Source: Chara braunii (Eukaryota > Plantae > Charophyceae). From it: 63,881 nucleotides of DNA. Positions within the stretch are counted from its first letter, which is position 1. Each line of letters opens with the position of its first letter. Both the position numbers and the translations under genes were made by a program. The notes beneath the pieces are model-generated. The model did no database searches, was not told the DNA's origin, and worked only from the letters and a program-made list of their open reading frames with translations. The stretch is from assembly GCA_003427395.1 (NCBI GenBank), contig BFEA01000019.1:2654695-2718575 (forward strand), read 5' to 3'. This document shows, piece by piece, positions 13,680 through 55,564 of the stretch.

Positions 13680-14892
13680 TGTAATGAAACCTGCAGATCC
13701 TCAGTGGACTGTACATTAGGCTGAGGGCGAAGCCTGGGGCTTGCCTCGGTCTGGTGGCGTCGTAGGTTAGATTCATGATTTTGTGTTTTCTGTGTTTTGT
13801 TGTTTGTGCTGTTGCTGTGTTTTTTTTTTAACGCATTGAGGTACGATGACGTGTTGATTTCTGTTGCCGTGACTAACGGCGAGGTTGTACCCTGTTGCGT
13901 GTGCCTGTTGTGTTTTGCAGCATGCTTTGTTGTGTGTACGTGCAGAGTTTTGGGTCACACTGAGGCCTATATGATGTTCTAAAAATGGACCAGTTCCGGC
14001 CCTGCGATTGCAGGCCCAGTCTTCCCCGACGTCATAGAGGCCCTAAGGGCCTACAGTGGGTAGAGCCCGTAGCTGGGAAGGGCCTAGAGGCCCTAAGTCG
14101 AAACGGTACCGGTAGAGCAGTTTCAGTCCAGTAGGTTTAGGGTAGAATCTAGAAATAGGACAGGCCGAGTAGGTTTAAGACTTTTGGCAGTTCATTTCTC
14201 GTGAAGCACCGTAGGAGAAGCCAAAGAAGTTGGTGGCGGTGACTGTCTGCAGGCGGCATCCTGAGACCTCGCCGTTGACAGCAGCCATAGCCGGCCCAGT
14301 CTGAGTCTGCCATAGCTGGGGCATCCTCAGCGCATCTACCCCTGGGGTATCTGCGTCTGGCCGGGCTATATCGAGGCTCTACACTGTATACTCGTGGGTG
14401 GTGGCAGCCATAGCTGCCTGTTCCTTCGTCAGAGTTGTCCATCGGCACTGAAGACTTCATCGCAGGACCCATTCTTCTTCAGGGTGGTTGGCGCTGGCCT
14501 CTGGGAGGCCAATCTGATGTGGCGCTACTAAATAGCTGTAGGACAGAGAGTGGGGTGTGAGTTCTGAGAGTGGCGAGATACTGAGACAAACTCTGTTACG
14601 ATAATTGTTTGAGTGACTCATCATCAGTATGGATTTCAATTGTGATCTTCGCAGGTTCTATCTTGTGATTGGTTGTTGGGAGTTGTGTCAGAGAGTGAGA
14701 AACACTGTGTGTTCTCTCCCCATCTGTGCATGATTGTCTTCCGCTGCATATTTTCACCTGTGTGCAGTTTGGACTCTGTGTACGGGCATGTGTGAGATTG
14801 TCTCTCCCCTTCTCTTATGCATGTATGGGCATGTGTGAGATTGTTTGTGTGTGAGTGGCGATAAAATTCGTCAGACAACCAAGTTCATAACA
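13680..14892 (+). repeat. 5' LTR
   Basis: TG...CA termini; direct repeat of 19910-21102. Confidence 0.93.
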
Positions 14893-14894
14893 GT

Positions 14895-14906
14895 TGGTAT
14901 CAGAGC
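14895..14906 (+). promoter_or_regulatory. Primer-binding site (tRNA-iMet)
   Basis: TGGTATCAGAGC 2 nt after the LTR end. Confidence 0.92.
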
Positions 14907-16480
14907 GAGATTGGATTTGGAGCACTGAGGGTTGAGCGCACTGAGGCATCTTCTTCATTCTGGCGATATACTGACGAGAGTTTCATGGCGATTCATCTTC
15001 CCCAGTACTGAGTCATCCGGGAAGAAGACTTTCAGCGGTGAACTCAAGTGCTCAGTGGCTGCACTGAGCAAGCGCACTGAACCTGTCAGAGCGCTTGTTA
15101 GGAGGTGGCGAGTACAGGGCTAATTCGCCATAGCCAACCCTGAGGGTGATACCGCGAAGAACCCAGAGTGGCAAATTACCCTTGAGGACATCAGGGAACC
15201 CTGAGCGGCATCATTCCTTGGTGGCCCTGATAGAGATTGATGCAGTATATCAATCTCCTGGAGAAATAACCCCCTCAGGGGCTATTTTTTAGCATCAGCG
15301 GCTACCTCGCACTGTGGCGAGATATTTTGGTGTTGGCGAATTGGGTGCCACAGGACCAGATACAGGGTATCTAGAGTAAAGGGGTGCAGCGCTACAGGAT
15401 CCTGAGGAGGATCAACAAATTTGAAGCAGTTCTGTGCGTGGGATTGTCAGGAAGAAGCTCTGGAGGAAATTGGCGAGATAAGGGTTTCATCTGCCATAGC
15501 CAGATCTTCACCATCTCCTGCAAGATTCGCAAAAAGTNAGTCCGTTCCATGCACNTACCTGTATTGCGATNCAGATNGTAGTNGATTAGTGAAAGATAAG
15601 GGTCTATCTGTCTGTCAGTGACTGGATATGAAAATNNCANACTGCATGACAGCCATAGCCATCTCTCCCNNACCTCTNTCTGCTCATATCTCCTCCTCTG
15701 CTAACTCTTTCTGGTCCAAATTGGTTNCGTGACTGCTATACTGCATTGNGATTCTACTGGGATGCTCAAACTGTGAATTCTNCACTGGAAAAGTAATGAT
15801 ACTGTGGATTATAGTTTTGCGCTGAGTCTATTTTTAGCCTGTGCTATCTANGGTCAGTCACAACTCTAATTCTNTCTGTCAGAACTCAGTTCTGTCAGTC
15901 CCCANTGAATCGCAAATTGAAGACAGTCAGTACTGTCAAATCGCAGATTTGGATTTCGAGTATCTCACTGGATACAGTGAAAACTGGAATTCGCCATACC
16001 CTAGGGTATGGCCGCCAGAGTCATCAGGGTCTGAAAGTGAGTTTGAGTCAGGATACAAGGTATCTGTCTGCATCGCGTGTTGTGATTNATCTCTTTTGTC
16101 NGCACTAACCATCTTCCATCATTTCCACTGATTACNCTTGTTTTCTAGTGGNCACTGAAAACTCTAGTGGGTCTCTGGAAGAGTAGTGGAGTAACATCAT
16201 CAACTCCAGTATGGTTCAGGGTCAGTAAAAGGAAATCGTGTGNTTGATTTTGCTGGACTTACAGTNTGTCTGACACCTGACCCCAGAGACACCCTTCTAN
16301 CCCAGACCGCTGATTGCCTGTACACCCACCTATTCCAGTGTTGAGTTGCTGCAGCGATTCCAGTGTGTCTGCAGGATTNTGAGTATNGCTGNAACTCTGT
16401 CTGNTGTTATTTTATTTTTGNATTTTATTTGAACTGGGAAAATGTCNGATTAGGGATCTGAGCAGCAGCCACATGTAGAG

Positions 16481-18127
16481 GTGGTGNTGAAGGCAGAAGG
16501 TGAACANCCTTCTTCCTCCACTACCCCCCATCCACCTCTGACTGCTACTNANAGGCNGAAGAAGGAGGCGGAGGAACAGCTGAAGCTGCAACAGGCCAGA
16601 GTAGCTGAACTGGCACGGCAGGAGGCTGCTGAGCTAGAGGCTGCAACANATNACTCCAGAAGGGAGCATCTGTTGCAGCAGCTAGAGAGGTCGCTCACTG
16701 ATGATCGTTGTGCCCAGATNACCAAGCATATGGCTNAGATGATCATGCTGGAGCACAAGATCACCAGCTCCNAGTTCACAAACTGGGATGATCNTTTTGT
16801 GCGGCTGGAGCGTCGGATTGACGAGCTGTCCGCTCAACAGTCCAAGATTCTGGACTCTATCCANGGCTTGTCTNCTCAGCCGGCAACCGCCAAGCTGATT
16901 ACTCCCCAGCTCCCTTTGCTGCAGCCGAAATCCTCTCCTCCTCCCTCANGACCTCTTTCCCCTCATCCATCCCATGCTGGATCTGCACATTCTTCCCGAC
17001 CATCTACCCCTTCCCAAAAGGCCTCAGCAAAGGCCACCNANGNTGCTGTGACTGCANCAGACAGAGGTCCCAAGATCCCTGCTCCCAACAAGTTCAGGGG
17101 CGATGACCCCAAGACTGATGTTGGGGACTGGGCTGCTGGGACCAGAGCCTACTTGAGGGGCTTTGTCTGTGCAGAACAGACCAAGGTGGCAACTGTTCTT
17201 GAACTGCTAGAAGGGCCCGCACTGAAGTGGGCCACCTCAACTTCTAGCAGCNTGCAACAGTCCANGGAGGACTNGGCNTTTGGGTTGGGGGTAGACAGAC
17301 TTCTANAGGNTCTGGAGGACCGGTTTGCAGACAAGAAGAGGGTCCGCAAGGCTGCTGACAGGATTGCTCGCCTNGGACANCAGCGGTACAGCGGCACCCT
17401 ACAGGCCTTGTTTGCTGAAATCGAGCGGCTTACCTCCACCCCTGGGTTGGTCATGGCACCTGATGATTTGCTGACCAACTTCTGCAGGGCAGCGCCTGAG
17501 AAGTTTGTTGTTGCACTCTATAGCGTTGGGCACAAGGACAGGAGGTCCTTTGGCCGTGCANCCNTGGAAATGGAGGCCAAGCTCCATGTCNAGGCCCCGT
17601 CCCTTGACAGGAGGAAAGGTGCCTTCCCTAGAGGCAACAGAAGGGGAAAGNCAGCCTTTACNCAGGCGGGATCTGCCTCAGCATCAGATACCGATTCCCA
17701 GCCTGATGTGCCTTCANGGGGGACCGGATNTGCTGCTGAGACAGATGTTGCAGCAATAGTGACTCAGTCTGTTTTNGGAGCTCTGCAGTCGCANAAAAAG
17801 TTCTCCACCAACACAGCCTCAGCCACTACCAAGGGGAAGGAAAAGNGACGTCGGCCTTCCTCTTCCCAGCGCCCTAACCTGCGTCGAGANGTCCACATGC
17901 CTGCTNAACCTCTCAACCCCTCCACACTCCNCTGNCATGACCTCAACATCCAGGAGGGAGTCTGCAGAAGAAGAAAGGAGAGAGGGGTTTGCCTGAGGTG
18001 TGAGGGCCAACACTTCTTGAAGGACTGCCCTTANATGCCAGCCAAGGTAGTCAGTCAAAAAACTGAAACAGACCCTGGGGGCTGCAGTTCCCCCCAGTGT
18101 TGCACCTTCATCTGCTCAGGTAGGTGA
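16481..18127 (+). CDS. gag: Gag (coiled-coil N-terminus, capsid-like region, C-terminal zinc knuckle); start codon uncertain, many Ns
   Basis: PKIPAPNKFRGDD...DW...YL...LLEGPALKWA...LEDRF capsid pattern and CLRCEGQHFLKDC knuckle. Confidence 0.85.
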   Translation: MVXKAEGEXPSSSTTPHPPLTATXRXKKEAEEQLKLQQARVAELARQEAAELEAATXXSRREHLLQQLERSLTDDRCAQXTKHMAXMIMLEHKITSSXFTNWDDXFVRLERRIDELSAQQSKILDSIXGLSXQPATAKLITPQLPLLQPKSSPPPSXPLSPHPSHAGSAHSSRPSTPSQKASAKATXXAVTAXDRGPKIPAPNKFRGDDPKTDVGDWAAGTRAYLRGFVCAEQTKVATVLELLEGPALKWATSTSSSXQQSXEDXXFGLGVDRLLXXLEDRFADKKRVRKAADRIARXGXQRYSGTLQALFAEIERLTSTPGLVMAPDDLLTNFCRAAPEKFVVALYSVGHKDRRSFGRAXXEMEAKLHVXAPSLDRRKGAFPRGNRRGKXAFXQAGSASASDTDSQPDVPSXGTGXAAETDVAAIVTQSVXGALQSXKKFSTNTASATTKGKEKXRRPSSSQRPNLRRXVHMPAXPLNPSTLXXHDLNIQEGVCRRRKERGVCLRCEGQHFLKDCPXMPAKVVSQKTETDPGGCSSPQCCTFICSGR

Positions 18128-19111
18128 ATCTGCAGCTGTTTCAGTTGAGGTTGCGCGTGATGATGAATGTCTGGGGACTGCGCGGGCAACATCCTTCTGT
18201 TATAAGGATCCTGACCCGGATCAGGGATTAGAGGGGCATGAGGTTCAGATGATTGCTCACTTTTCCTTCATCTGAAGGGACAAAAGGAAAACCAAATCTA
18301 AACTCATCCTACCCTAGCCTCGATCCATGAGAGAGGTGGAAACCACAACTCCTTTCACCTGTGTTGATTCACATTCTGGATCTTCATTGTCTCTCGTTCT
18401 TGTGGGAGTTCTAGTTGGCAGTATTTGTAGGCGCAAATTCTGGCGACACTCAATGTCCTGATCAAGGTTAGCTGAGAGTCAGCAATCTTCCCTCTTCCCG
18501 ACATTGTGTAGTAAGTGCCATTGTCCCAGGCTTTCAACCTTCTACCCCGGGCTCCTTATCTGTTTGATAAGTTGAGCACCAACAATCTATTGTTGATAGC
18601 CTGGATGATAATTAGTTATGTTTCTTGTGGTGAGATTAGTTGTCCTAGTCGTAATCTCTTACTGCAGTCCTTCAGTTCTACTGACCGACTTGCATCCGGT
18701 TTATGTTTACTAAGGGGTACACACGCGGTCCGACGACTATAGCCAGCAATTCTAAGTTTCCCTTCTACTGACATCTCGGTTTACTATGGAGGTCAAGAGT
18801 ATAGGAACTGTATTGCAGCAATAAGGTGTCGTTCACGGATCTCAACTTTTCAGAAGTGATCGATTGCGTAATAGTAAAAAAAAACAGGTTATCCGTGGTT
18901 CTTGATGCAATCGAGAGTAACTGAAACTTTGAAGTTGCCTCCTCCAAACCTTACTGCTGCAGCACAGGTCAGGGGCAGAGGTTACCCTGTAAGTATCTCA
19001 GGTTTCCTCTTCAGGCAAGAGTGTTATCTCCATAAATCCCTTCATCTGCTGATTCATTAACAGAAAGTGAAGTGTGGGCGCGGAGGTCCGCTCTCCCCGG
19101 GGGGGTAAATA

Positions 19112-19274
19112 TGTAATGAAACCTGCAGATTCTCAGTGGACTGTACATTAGCTGAGGGCGAAGCCTGGGGCTTGCCTCAGTCTGGTGGCGTCGTAGGTTA
19201 GATTCATGATTTTGTGTTTTCTGTGTTTTGTTGTTTGTGCTGTTGCTGTGTTTTTTTTTAACGCATTGAGGTGC
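19112..19274 (+). repeat. Extra LTR start cut by an assembly gap
   Basis: TGTAATGAAACCTGCAG... preceded by the same PPT-like tract; 18511-19274 is repeated from 19310 on. Confidence 0.85.
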
Positions 19275-19909
19275 NNNNNNNNNNNNNNNNNNNNNNNNNN
19301 NNNNNNNNNGTAAGTGCCATTGTCCCAGGCTTTCAACCTTCTACCCCGGGCTCCTTATCTGTTTGATAAGTTGAGCACCAACAATCTATTGTTGACAGCC
19401 TGGATGATAATTAGTTATGTTTCTTGTGGTGAGATTACTTGTCCTAGTCGTAATCTCTTACTGCACTCCTTCAGTTCTACTGACGGACTTGCATCCGGTT
19501 TATGTCTACTAAGGGGTACACACGCGGTCCGACGACTATAGCCAACAATTCTAAGTTTCCCTTCTACTGACATCCCGGTTTACTATGGAGGTCGGGAGTT
19601 TAGGAACTGTATTGCAGCAATAAGGTGTCGTTCACGGATCTCAACTTTTCAGAAGTGATCGATTGCGTAATAGTAAAAAAAACATGTTATCCGTGGTTCT
19701 TGATGCAATCGAGACCAACTGACACTTTGAAGTTGCCTCCTCCAAACCTTACTGCTACAGCACAGGTCAGGGGCATAGGTTACCCTGTGAGTGTCTCAGG
19801 TTTCCTCTTCAGGCAAGAGTGTTATCTCCATAACTCCCTTCATCTGCTGGTCCATTACCAGAAAGTGAAGTGTGGGCGCGGAGGTCCGCTCTCCCTGGGG
19901 GCGTAAATA

Positions 19910-21102
19910 TGTAATGAAACCTGCAGATTCTCAGTGGACTGTACATTAGCTGAGGGCGAAGCCTGGGGCTTGCCTCGGTCTGGTGGCGTCGTAGGTTCGA
20001 TTCATGATTTTGTGTTTTCTGTGTTTTGTTGTTTGTGCTGTTGCTGTGTTTTTTTTTTAACGCCTTGAGGTGATATGACGTGCTGATTTTTGTTGCCGTG
20101 ACTAACAGCGAGGTTGTACCCTGTTGCGTGTGCCTATTGTGTTTTGCAGCGTGCTTTGTTGTGTGTGCGTGCAGAGTTTTGGGTCACACCGAGGCCTATA
20201 TGCTGTTCTAAAAATGGACCGGTTCCGGCCCTGCGATTGCAGACCCAGTCTTCCCCGACGTCATAGAGGCCCTAAGGGCCTACAGCGGGTAGAGCCCGTA
20301 GCTTGGAAGGGCCTAGAGGCCCTAAGTCGAAAAGGTACCGGTAGAGCAGTTTCGGTCCAGTGGGTCTAGGGTAGAATCTAGAAATAGGACAGGCCGAGTA
20401 GGTTTAGGACTTTTGGCAGTTCATTTCTCGCGAAGCAGCATAGGAGAAGCCAAGGAAGTTGGTGGCGGTGACTGTCTGCAGGCGGCCTCATGAGACCTCG
20501 CCGTTGACAGCAGCCATAGCCGGCCCAGTCTGACTCTGCCATAGCTGGGGCATCCTCAGCGCATCTACCCCTAGTGTATCTGCGTCTGGCCGGGCTATAT
20601 CGAGGCTCTACACTNTATACTCGTGGGTGGTGGCAGCCATAGCTGCCTGTTCCTTCGTCAGAGTTGTCCATCGGCACTGAAGACTTCATCGCAGGACCCG
20701 TTCTTCTTCAGGGCGGTTGGCGCTGGCCTCTGGGAGGCCAATCTGATGTGGCGCTACTAACTGGGTGTAGGATAGAAAGTGGGGTGTGAGTTCTGAGAGT
20801 GGCGAGATACTGGGACAAACTCTGTTACGATAATTGTTTGAGTGGCTCATCATCAGTATGGATTTCAATTGTGATCTTCGCAGGTTCTATCTTGTGACTG
20901 GTTGTTGGGAGTTGTGTCAGAGAGTGAGAAACACTGTGTGTTCTCTCCCCATCTGTGCATGATTGTCTTCCGCTGCTTATTTTCACCTGTGTGCAGTTTG
21001 GACTTTGTCTCCTCTCTCCCCTTCTCTTATGCATGTATGGGCATGTGTGAGATTGTCTGTGTGAGTGGCGATAAAATTCGTCTGACAACCAAGTTCATAA
21101 CA
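19910..21102 (+). repeat. 3' LTR
   Basis: Direct repeat of 13680-14892 with scattered substitutions and one ~20-nt indel. Confidence 0.93.
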
Positions 21103-22030
21103 TGTGTATGTAAAAGTTTGAAGACTCTAAAATTGGGAATACATGTGATACATATTATTATATCTTTGGGAAAAAAAAAAAAACAAAAAAAAAAAACATA
21201 CGTGTACACGGGTTTGTGGTCACGTACGTATACAGCATGCAACACAGGTTTAAAGGTTGTAAAAAATGAGCAATAGCTGAACGACTGAAACTATACACCT
21301 CTTTTCAATAGCAATCGACATTAAGATCAACTGGGAGCCAAAGCAGAAAGAGGGTGACTTCATTTGGGAGAACGACCCGCCTGAAACTTTGAAAAATAAA
21401 TTAAAAAATGAGGAAGATGTTAGCAGAAACTTACTTGTCATATTCACAACCGCTGGATTATTGGACGGGAGAAACCGCAATCAGAATAACAGTGAACACA
21501 TTGACTCGTAAGTTGAGCGGATTACATACACATTGACAGAGCGAACCGTGTCAATGAGTAATATTGTTTCATTAAAAATGTGTTAAAACGTAAGTCTTTT
21601 GCCAACTTAAAAAAAAAAAAAAAACACAAATGCAGAGCTGCTCTAACTAGGTACCTCTACCAAAGTGATAATGAACATGCAAAATGTCCAAAGAATCGAC
21701 CCATCTGACATTCATCGGATAGTGCACCTACTCAAATGGCTATCAAATGATAGCTGGTCTCTTCTAAGCCCACTAGAAATTAAAAGAGATGGGTTGTTGG
21801 CCAACCAGCAAGGTGAAAACGGTTGTTACACCTATTACGGACTAAGTTAATAATAATATGGAAGGAGTGTGGACAAATAAATAAAAAGCGCATTCTCATT
21901 TTTGAAAACTCATAATGGGAACATGTTATCTCTGCCACAAATAAATAAAGTCTATTCATTCTTTTGGGTAAATAAAGGAGTCTTTACAGAAGGGGAATTG
22001 TGGAATCCCTCCATTATGACATGGAAGTTA

Positions 22031-22191
22031 TTAAACCACCAGTATGTGGCCCGGCTATCGGCCACCAGAAAGAAAAATAGAGTAGAAACCTTTTTGGACA
22101 GATGAATTTGGGTGCTACTATAGTGGCCCATACGTTTCCTAAAATCAAGGCTCGTTAACAAGCACAACTTTAGGAAGTACTTGTGGTTTAA
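22031..22191. mobile_element. MITE family with TTAA-ACCACCAGTAC termini
   Basis: TTAAACCACCAGTA...TACTTGTGGTTTAA; related copies at ~3396-3558, 30664-30820, 31201-31354, 32571-32779, 37929-38160. Confidence 0.75.
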
Positions 22192-24822
22192 AACAAGTTT
22201 CGGATTAACTAAAAATTATTCACCATCTTCCGAAGAAAATGAGAATGATCTAAGAGGTGGCACTATTGGGATTTGCAACTAGGGCTGAAAAAAGGTCTGA
22301 AAACTCAAGAGTGATAACTGGGTAATCCAACACTCTGCACTACCTATTCCCATGCAGTGGACGCAACCCAGGTCTCCCTTAAAGCACACACCCCATTTTT
22401 GACATGAGCTCGATTGACAAGTTTCCCTGCAAAGTTGACAATCTAGTTTTTCTTTGCGGGTTAGCTTGCCTTTCTTTTCTTTTTCTTTTTGTGAACAGTT
22501 GTTTGTTTCGTTCTATCTTGAAAAGTTCTAATTTTCGTTGGATTTTAGCCATTGTTGCTGCCCTCATCGTTCAGGATTGTGCTGCTACCGGGAATGAGGT
22601 TGGCTGTAGAGCCTCTCATATCCCGGTGGGCACTGCATAAGCTGTGCGGGACGCTGGACCCACTCCCAAACAAATGAAGGTACTTTTTGTGTTAAAAAAA
22701 GAAAAAGCTAGCATGCAAAGAAAACTAGATTGTGAAGCCTCTTTGTAGTCGGTCGTGTTTGTTTGGTTCTGTTGCAGTAAAGTTTTAGTTTTTGTTGGAT
22801 TTTACCCATTGTTGCCCTCATTGTTCATGATAGGGCTGCTACTGGGGATGAGCTTGGCCGGAGAGCCTCACATATCCTGGTGACTGTGGGATATGATGTG
22901 AGGGGCACTACTCGTGTTAAAAAAAAAAAAAAAAAAAGCGGGCATGCAAAGAAAAACTACATTGTCAAGCCTCTTTGTGGTCGATTGTGTTTCTTCGGTT
23001 CAATGTACGAAAGTTTTAGCTTTCGTTGGATTTTTGCCATTGTTGCCCTCATTGTTCGTGATTGGGCCGTGCGATCGGGGATGAGATTGGCTGGAGAGCC
23101 TCACATATCCTGGTGGCTGCGGCATAAGACGTGAGGGACGCTGGGCCTGCTTCCCAGCAAATGAAGGCATCTTTGTTTAACAAAAAAAAGAAAAGCCAAT
23201 CTAGCACGCAAAGAAAAACTAAATTGCCAACCTTCCTGGGCACAACTTATTGGTGAGAGTTCACGAGGACAAAGACTTGGGATAGTGTGCGTACAAAGTG
23301 CTCAGCCCTACATGTTATCTTTCATTTAACCCCTGCAATGGGAGTGGCAGGGGCACACATCCACACTACAGTCTTCCCCCGAACACAACGCACCCTTATT
23401 TTGGCTGTATCTGGCCGGAAATATAGCTTGTATACATTCGTTTCTAGGGAGCGTTACGTTCGGCGGAAGATGGTCGTCTGGAAATAGTAAAACACACAGT
23501 CAGAGGGGCATATAAAGCCAATCGAAAGATTCCCGTAACAGCAGATGTGCTTAAGGTAGAGAGCTTGGGAAAAGGATTCTCCCCTACCAAAAGAAACCCT
23601 CGCATGACTTACCAAGGGCACTTTCTCCAAAACCATGCATACTTCGCGTAGAGACCTGCAATCACAAATTTTGTTAAGCCGTCTGCCTACTCTAGACAAA
23701 ATAATAGTGTAAAAGTCAAGAGTTGGAATCGAAAGGACAATGACCACTTATATACCAACATTGGAATATTGTCTGAGAGACTGCGCTATGGCAGTCCAGA
23801 TTTGGGGGGTGATGGGATGCAGCCTGGTGCTTTCATGGAGAAGAATTCTTCCAATGGGACATCCTTTTGGGAAATAAATCAGATGTTCGAAAAGTAATAA
23901 AATCATTTACGAAACAAGTCCTTCAAATATGTAAGACTCCACATTTTACTATTTTAGTAAATTTTAGTAAATTTTAAGTAAATTTTAGTAAATTTTAAAT
24001 TTCCACAGGTATTTGAAGAGCAAGTTGCTTATTTGACAGAATTTTAAATTAGTGATCTTGAAGATCTTCTTACATATATTTGAAGTGCAAGGTGCTTATT
24101 CGACAGGAAAATTAACTCTTGAACAAGATGCAGCAAAGATAACAGAATCAATATAACAGGAAGGACTTGCAAAGAATTGAGAACATTTTTTTTTTTTTTT
24201 AATGGGAGAAAACAAGGCCCCTGGGCTGGGGTTACTGATATTGCAGTCACCCCTAGCAGCCAGGTGGCTGGCTCCAATTATATTGGTGAGGACTCTGAGG
24301 AGCTTCACCTCCTTGAAACCGGCTCCAACGTTGAATCGACGGACCAGAGGGCGCGACATCTTTTTTTTTTTTTTTTTTGAACCTTTCTCAATTTATGCAA
24401 CGTTGAATCGACAGACCAGAGGGCGCGACATCTTTATCGCGAATGTCCCGCTGAAGGGCAGAGGGCATAATCTGCTAATGCCGAGAAGCTGAGGTGTTTG
24501 ATAACTAGCAAACCAGAACGGTAGTGCGATGGAGCATGATGCACAAAGCAAAACGCTTTCATTTATTTCATAGACTGTTCCAAGGAGGCCGATTGTGTGC
24601 CATCTATCAGCCATCTAAAGTAGCAACATACTTACCTACACCATCTCAATAGTCCTGGCAGCTTAGCTATGCATGACTGCATTTAGCATATGAGATTCGA
24701 AGTCTATGAAGCTGGCATGTTTATTGCCATGCGACCGCTTATGGAGGTGTGCTTCTTTAGTTGACCTGGTGTCACTATAATGTTCGGAACTCGATTTCGC
24801 CCATCCCTAAGGTTGCAGTCTA

Positions 24823-24927
24823 CAGTCTTCCCCCGAATACAACGCACGGTCATTATAGCTGAATTTAGACTGACAGTTAGACCAAATTCAGCTATAAGGA
24901 CCGTGCGTTGTATTCGGGGGAAGACTG
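24823..24927. mobile_element. 105-bp hairpin MITE with TA TSD (Tc1/mariner-pogo-like)
   Basis: Almost fully palindromic: CAGTCTTCCCCCGAATACAACGCACGGTC...GACCGTGCGTTGTATTCGGGGGAAGACTG; related copies near 23367, 30160, 43125, 43603, 51202, 52640, 52822, 54378. Confidence 0.8.
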
Positions 24928-25723
24928 TAGTGGGTGCCACATATGGGTCAAGGTTGCCCGAACTTTCAGGGCAGCCGACCGCCCGAAAAGGGGATCGAGA
25001 CTCGAGAAACAATTTGGGTGGTTGTGTAGAGACCCGTCCTCTGTGCTCGGACAAATGACCCACAGCTATTGCCTGTGGAACCGGTACCTTTAACAAGCGC
25101 TGGACTGGTCCTGCCTTATATTTGATTACGCAGCAAAATGCAAGCAACGCAATGCAAAAATTACGTAGGCACACAGCCAAACCAGGTCGGCAGTGTCACT
25201 GCACCTGAGCCATTCTTTTTTTCCTTTTTTTTTATAGAAAGACTGTGAGGGGTGTCGGGAGGTTGTAAGGGAACAGTGCTGGGAGAGGATGTCCGACAGG
25301 GGGCTGGACGCACCTGGGCACATTCTACCACTGCGGTGCAGGCCGGGTATGCCATGCCTTGAAGAACTTGGTGGTGCCTGGGGGGGAAATGAAAATTGTA
25401 ACACAGTGAAATATCTAATGCACACTTGCACCATTCGAGGCCGAATCGGCCTGCCCCTCTGGTCCAAATTCATTCGAGGCCGGGGGTACGAAAAATGCGG
25501 TAGGTACTGCTGGTTTATATGCAGACCAATTCCCTGTCGATCTATGACTTGCATGCATCTCTTATCACAGCAGGGCACGGTAAGTTCCTTTTATTAGACA
25601 TTACCAAACAACAACTTTCCACAAAAAGCTCTTCAAAAATGGAAATTGCTGTGGGCCCACCCACAGAAACACATCCTCACACATCCTCACACACACCTAC
25701 ATAGGCACAACTGCAAACTCGCA

Positions 25724-25762
<39 letters not shown>

Positions 25763-25764
25763 CT

Positions 25765-25811
<47 letters not shown>

Positions 25812-26322
25812 TTTTCTCCTTTACCCACTTCTCTAGTTACTGATTCACTAAGGTCCGTGACATGACGCAGACTACTTTGCTGATCTGTTGATGCAATGAC
25901 CAGAGTCACGAGCGCCGAGCAAGATGATCGGCAATACATACATATACAGTTCATGATTGACAAAATTACAGGAAGCAAAACAAGCCAACACCTCTACATG
26001 CTAGGAAAGCACAAGCAAATGTGCTGCCTAGAATAGAAGAGTGGACAGGCAAATAGCAAATAATGCAGTGCAGATCTGACCTGCACATGTTGCTTGCAGC
26101 TACTCTGCACAATGGCAACGTACGTTGCCCACCTTACACTCACCACCACCTTCCAAGGAACGGTCATCTATCTTGTCGAAAGGACTTCGACGAGAGAACC
26201 AGATTGCGAAATTGCAGGCGCCGAGCAGAGCACTTCGACAAGAGAACCACATTACGCAGTCGCACAATTGCGCCAAACAGAGTCCCTAGGGTTGTAAAGT
26301 TGTGGACAGTTAACCCCTGTAA

Positions 26323-55564
<29,242 letters not shown>

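Larger units (their letters stand above)
13680..21102 (+). mobile_element. Ty3/gypsy LTR retrotransposon, non-autonomous (gag only, pol largely deleted)
   Basis: ~1.2-kb LTRs with TGTAATGAA...TTCATAACA termini, tRNA-iMet PBS, gag with zinc knuckle, G-rich PPT-like tract, TGTG on both flanks (possible 4-bp TSD, within TG-rich DNA). Confidence 0.92.
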
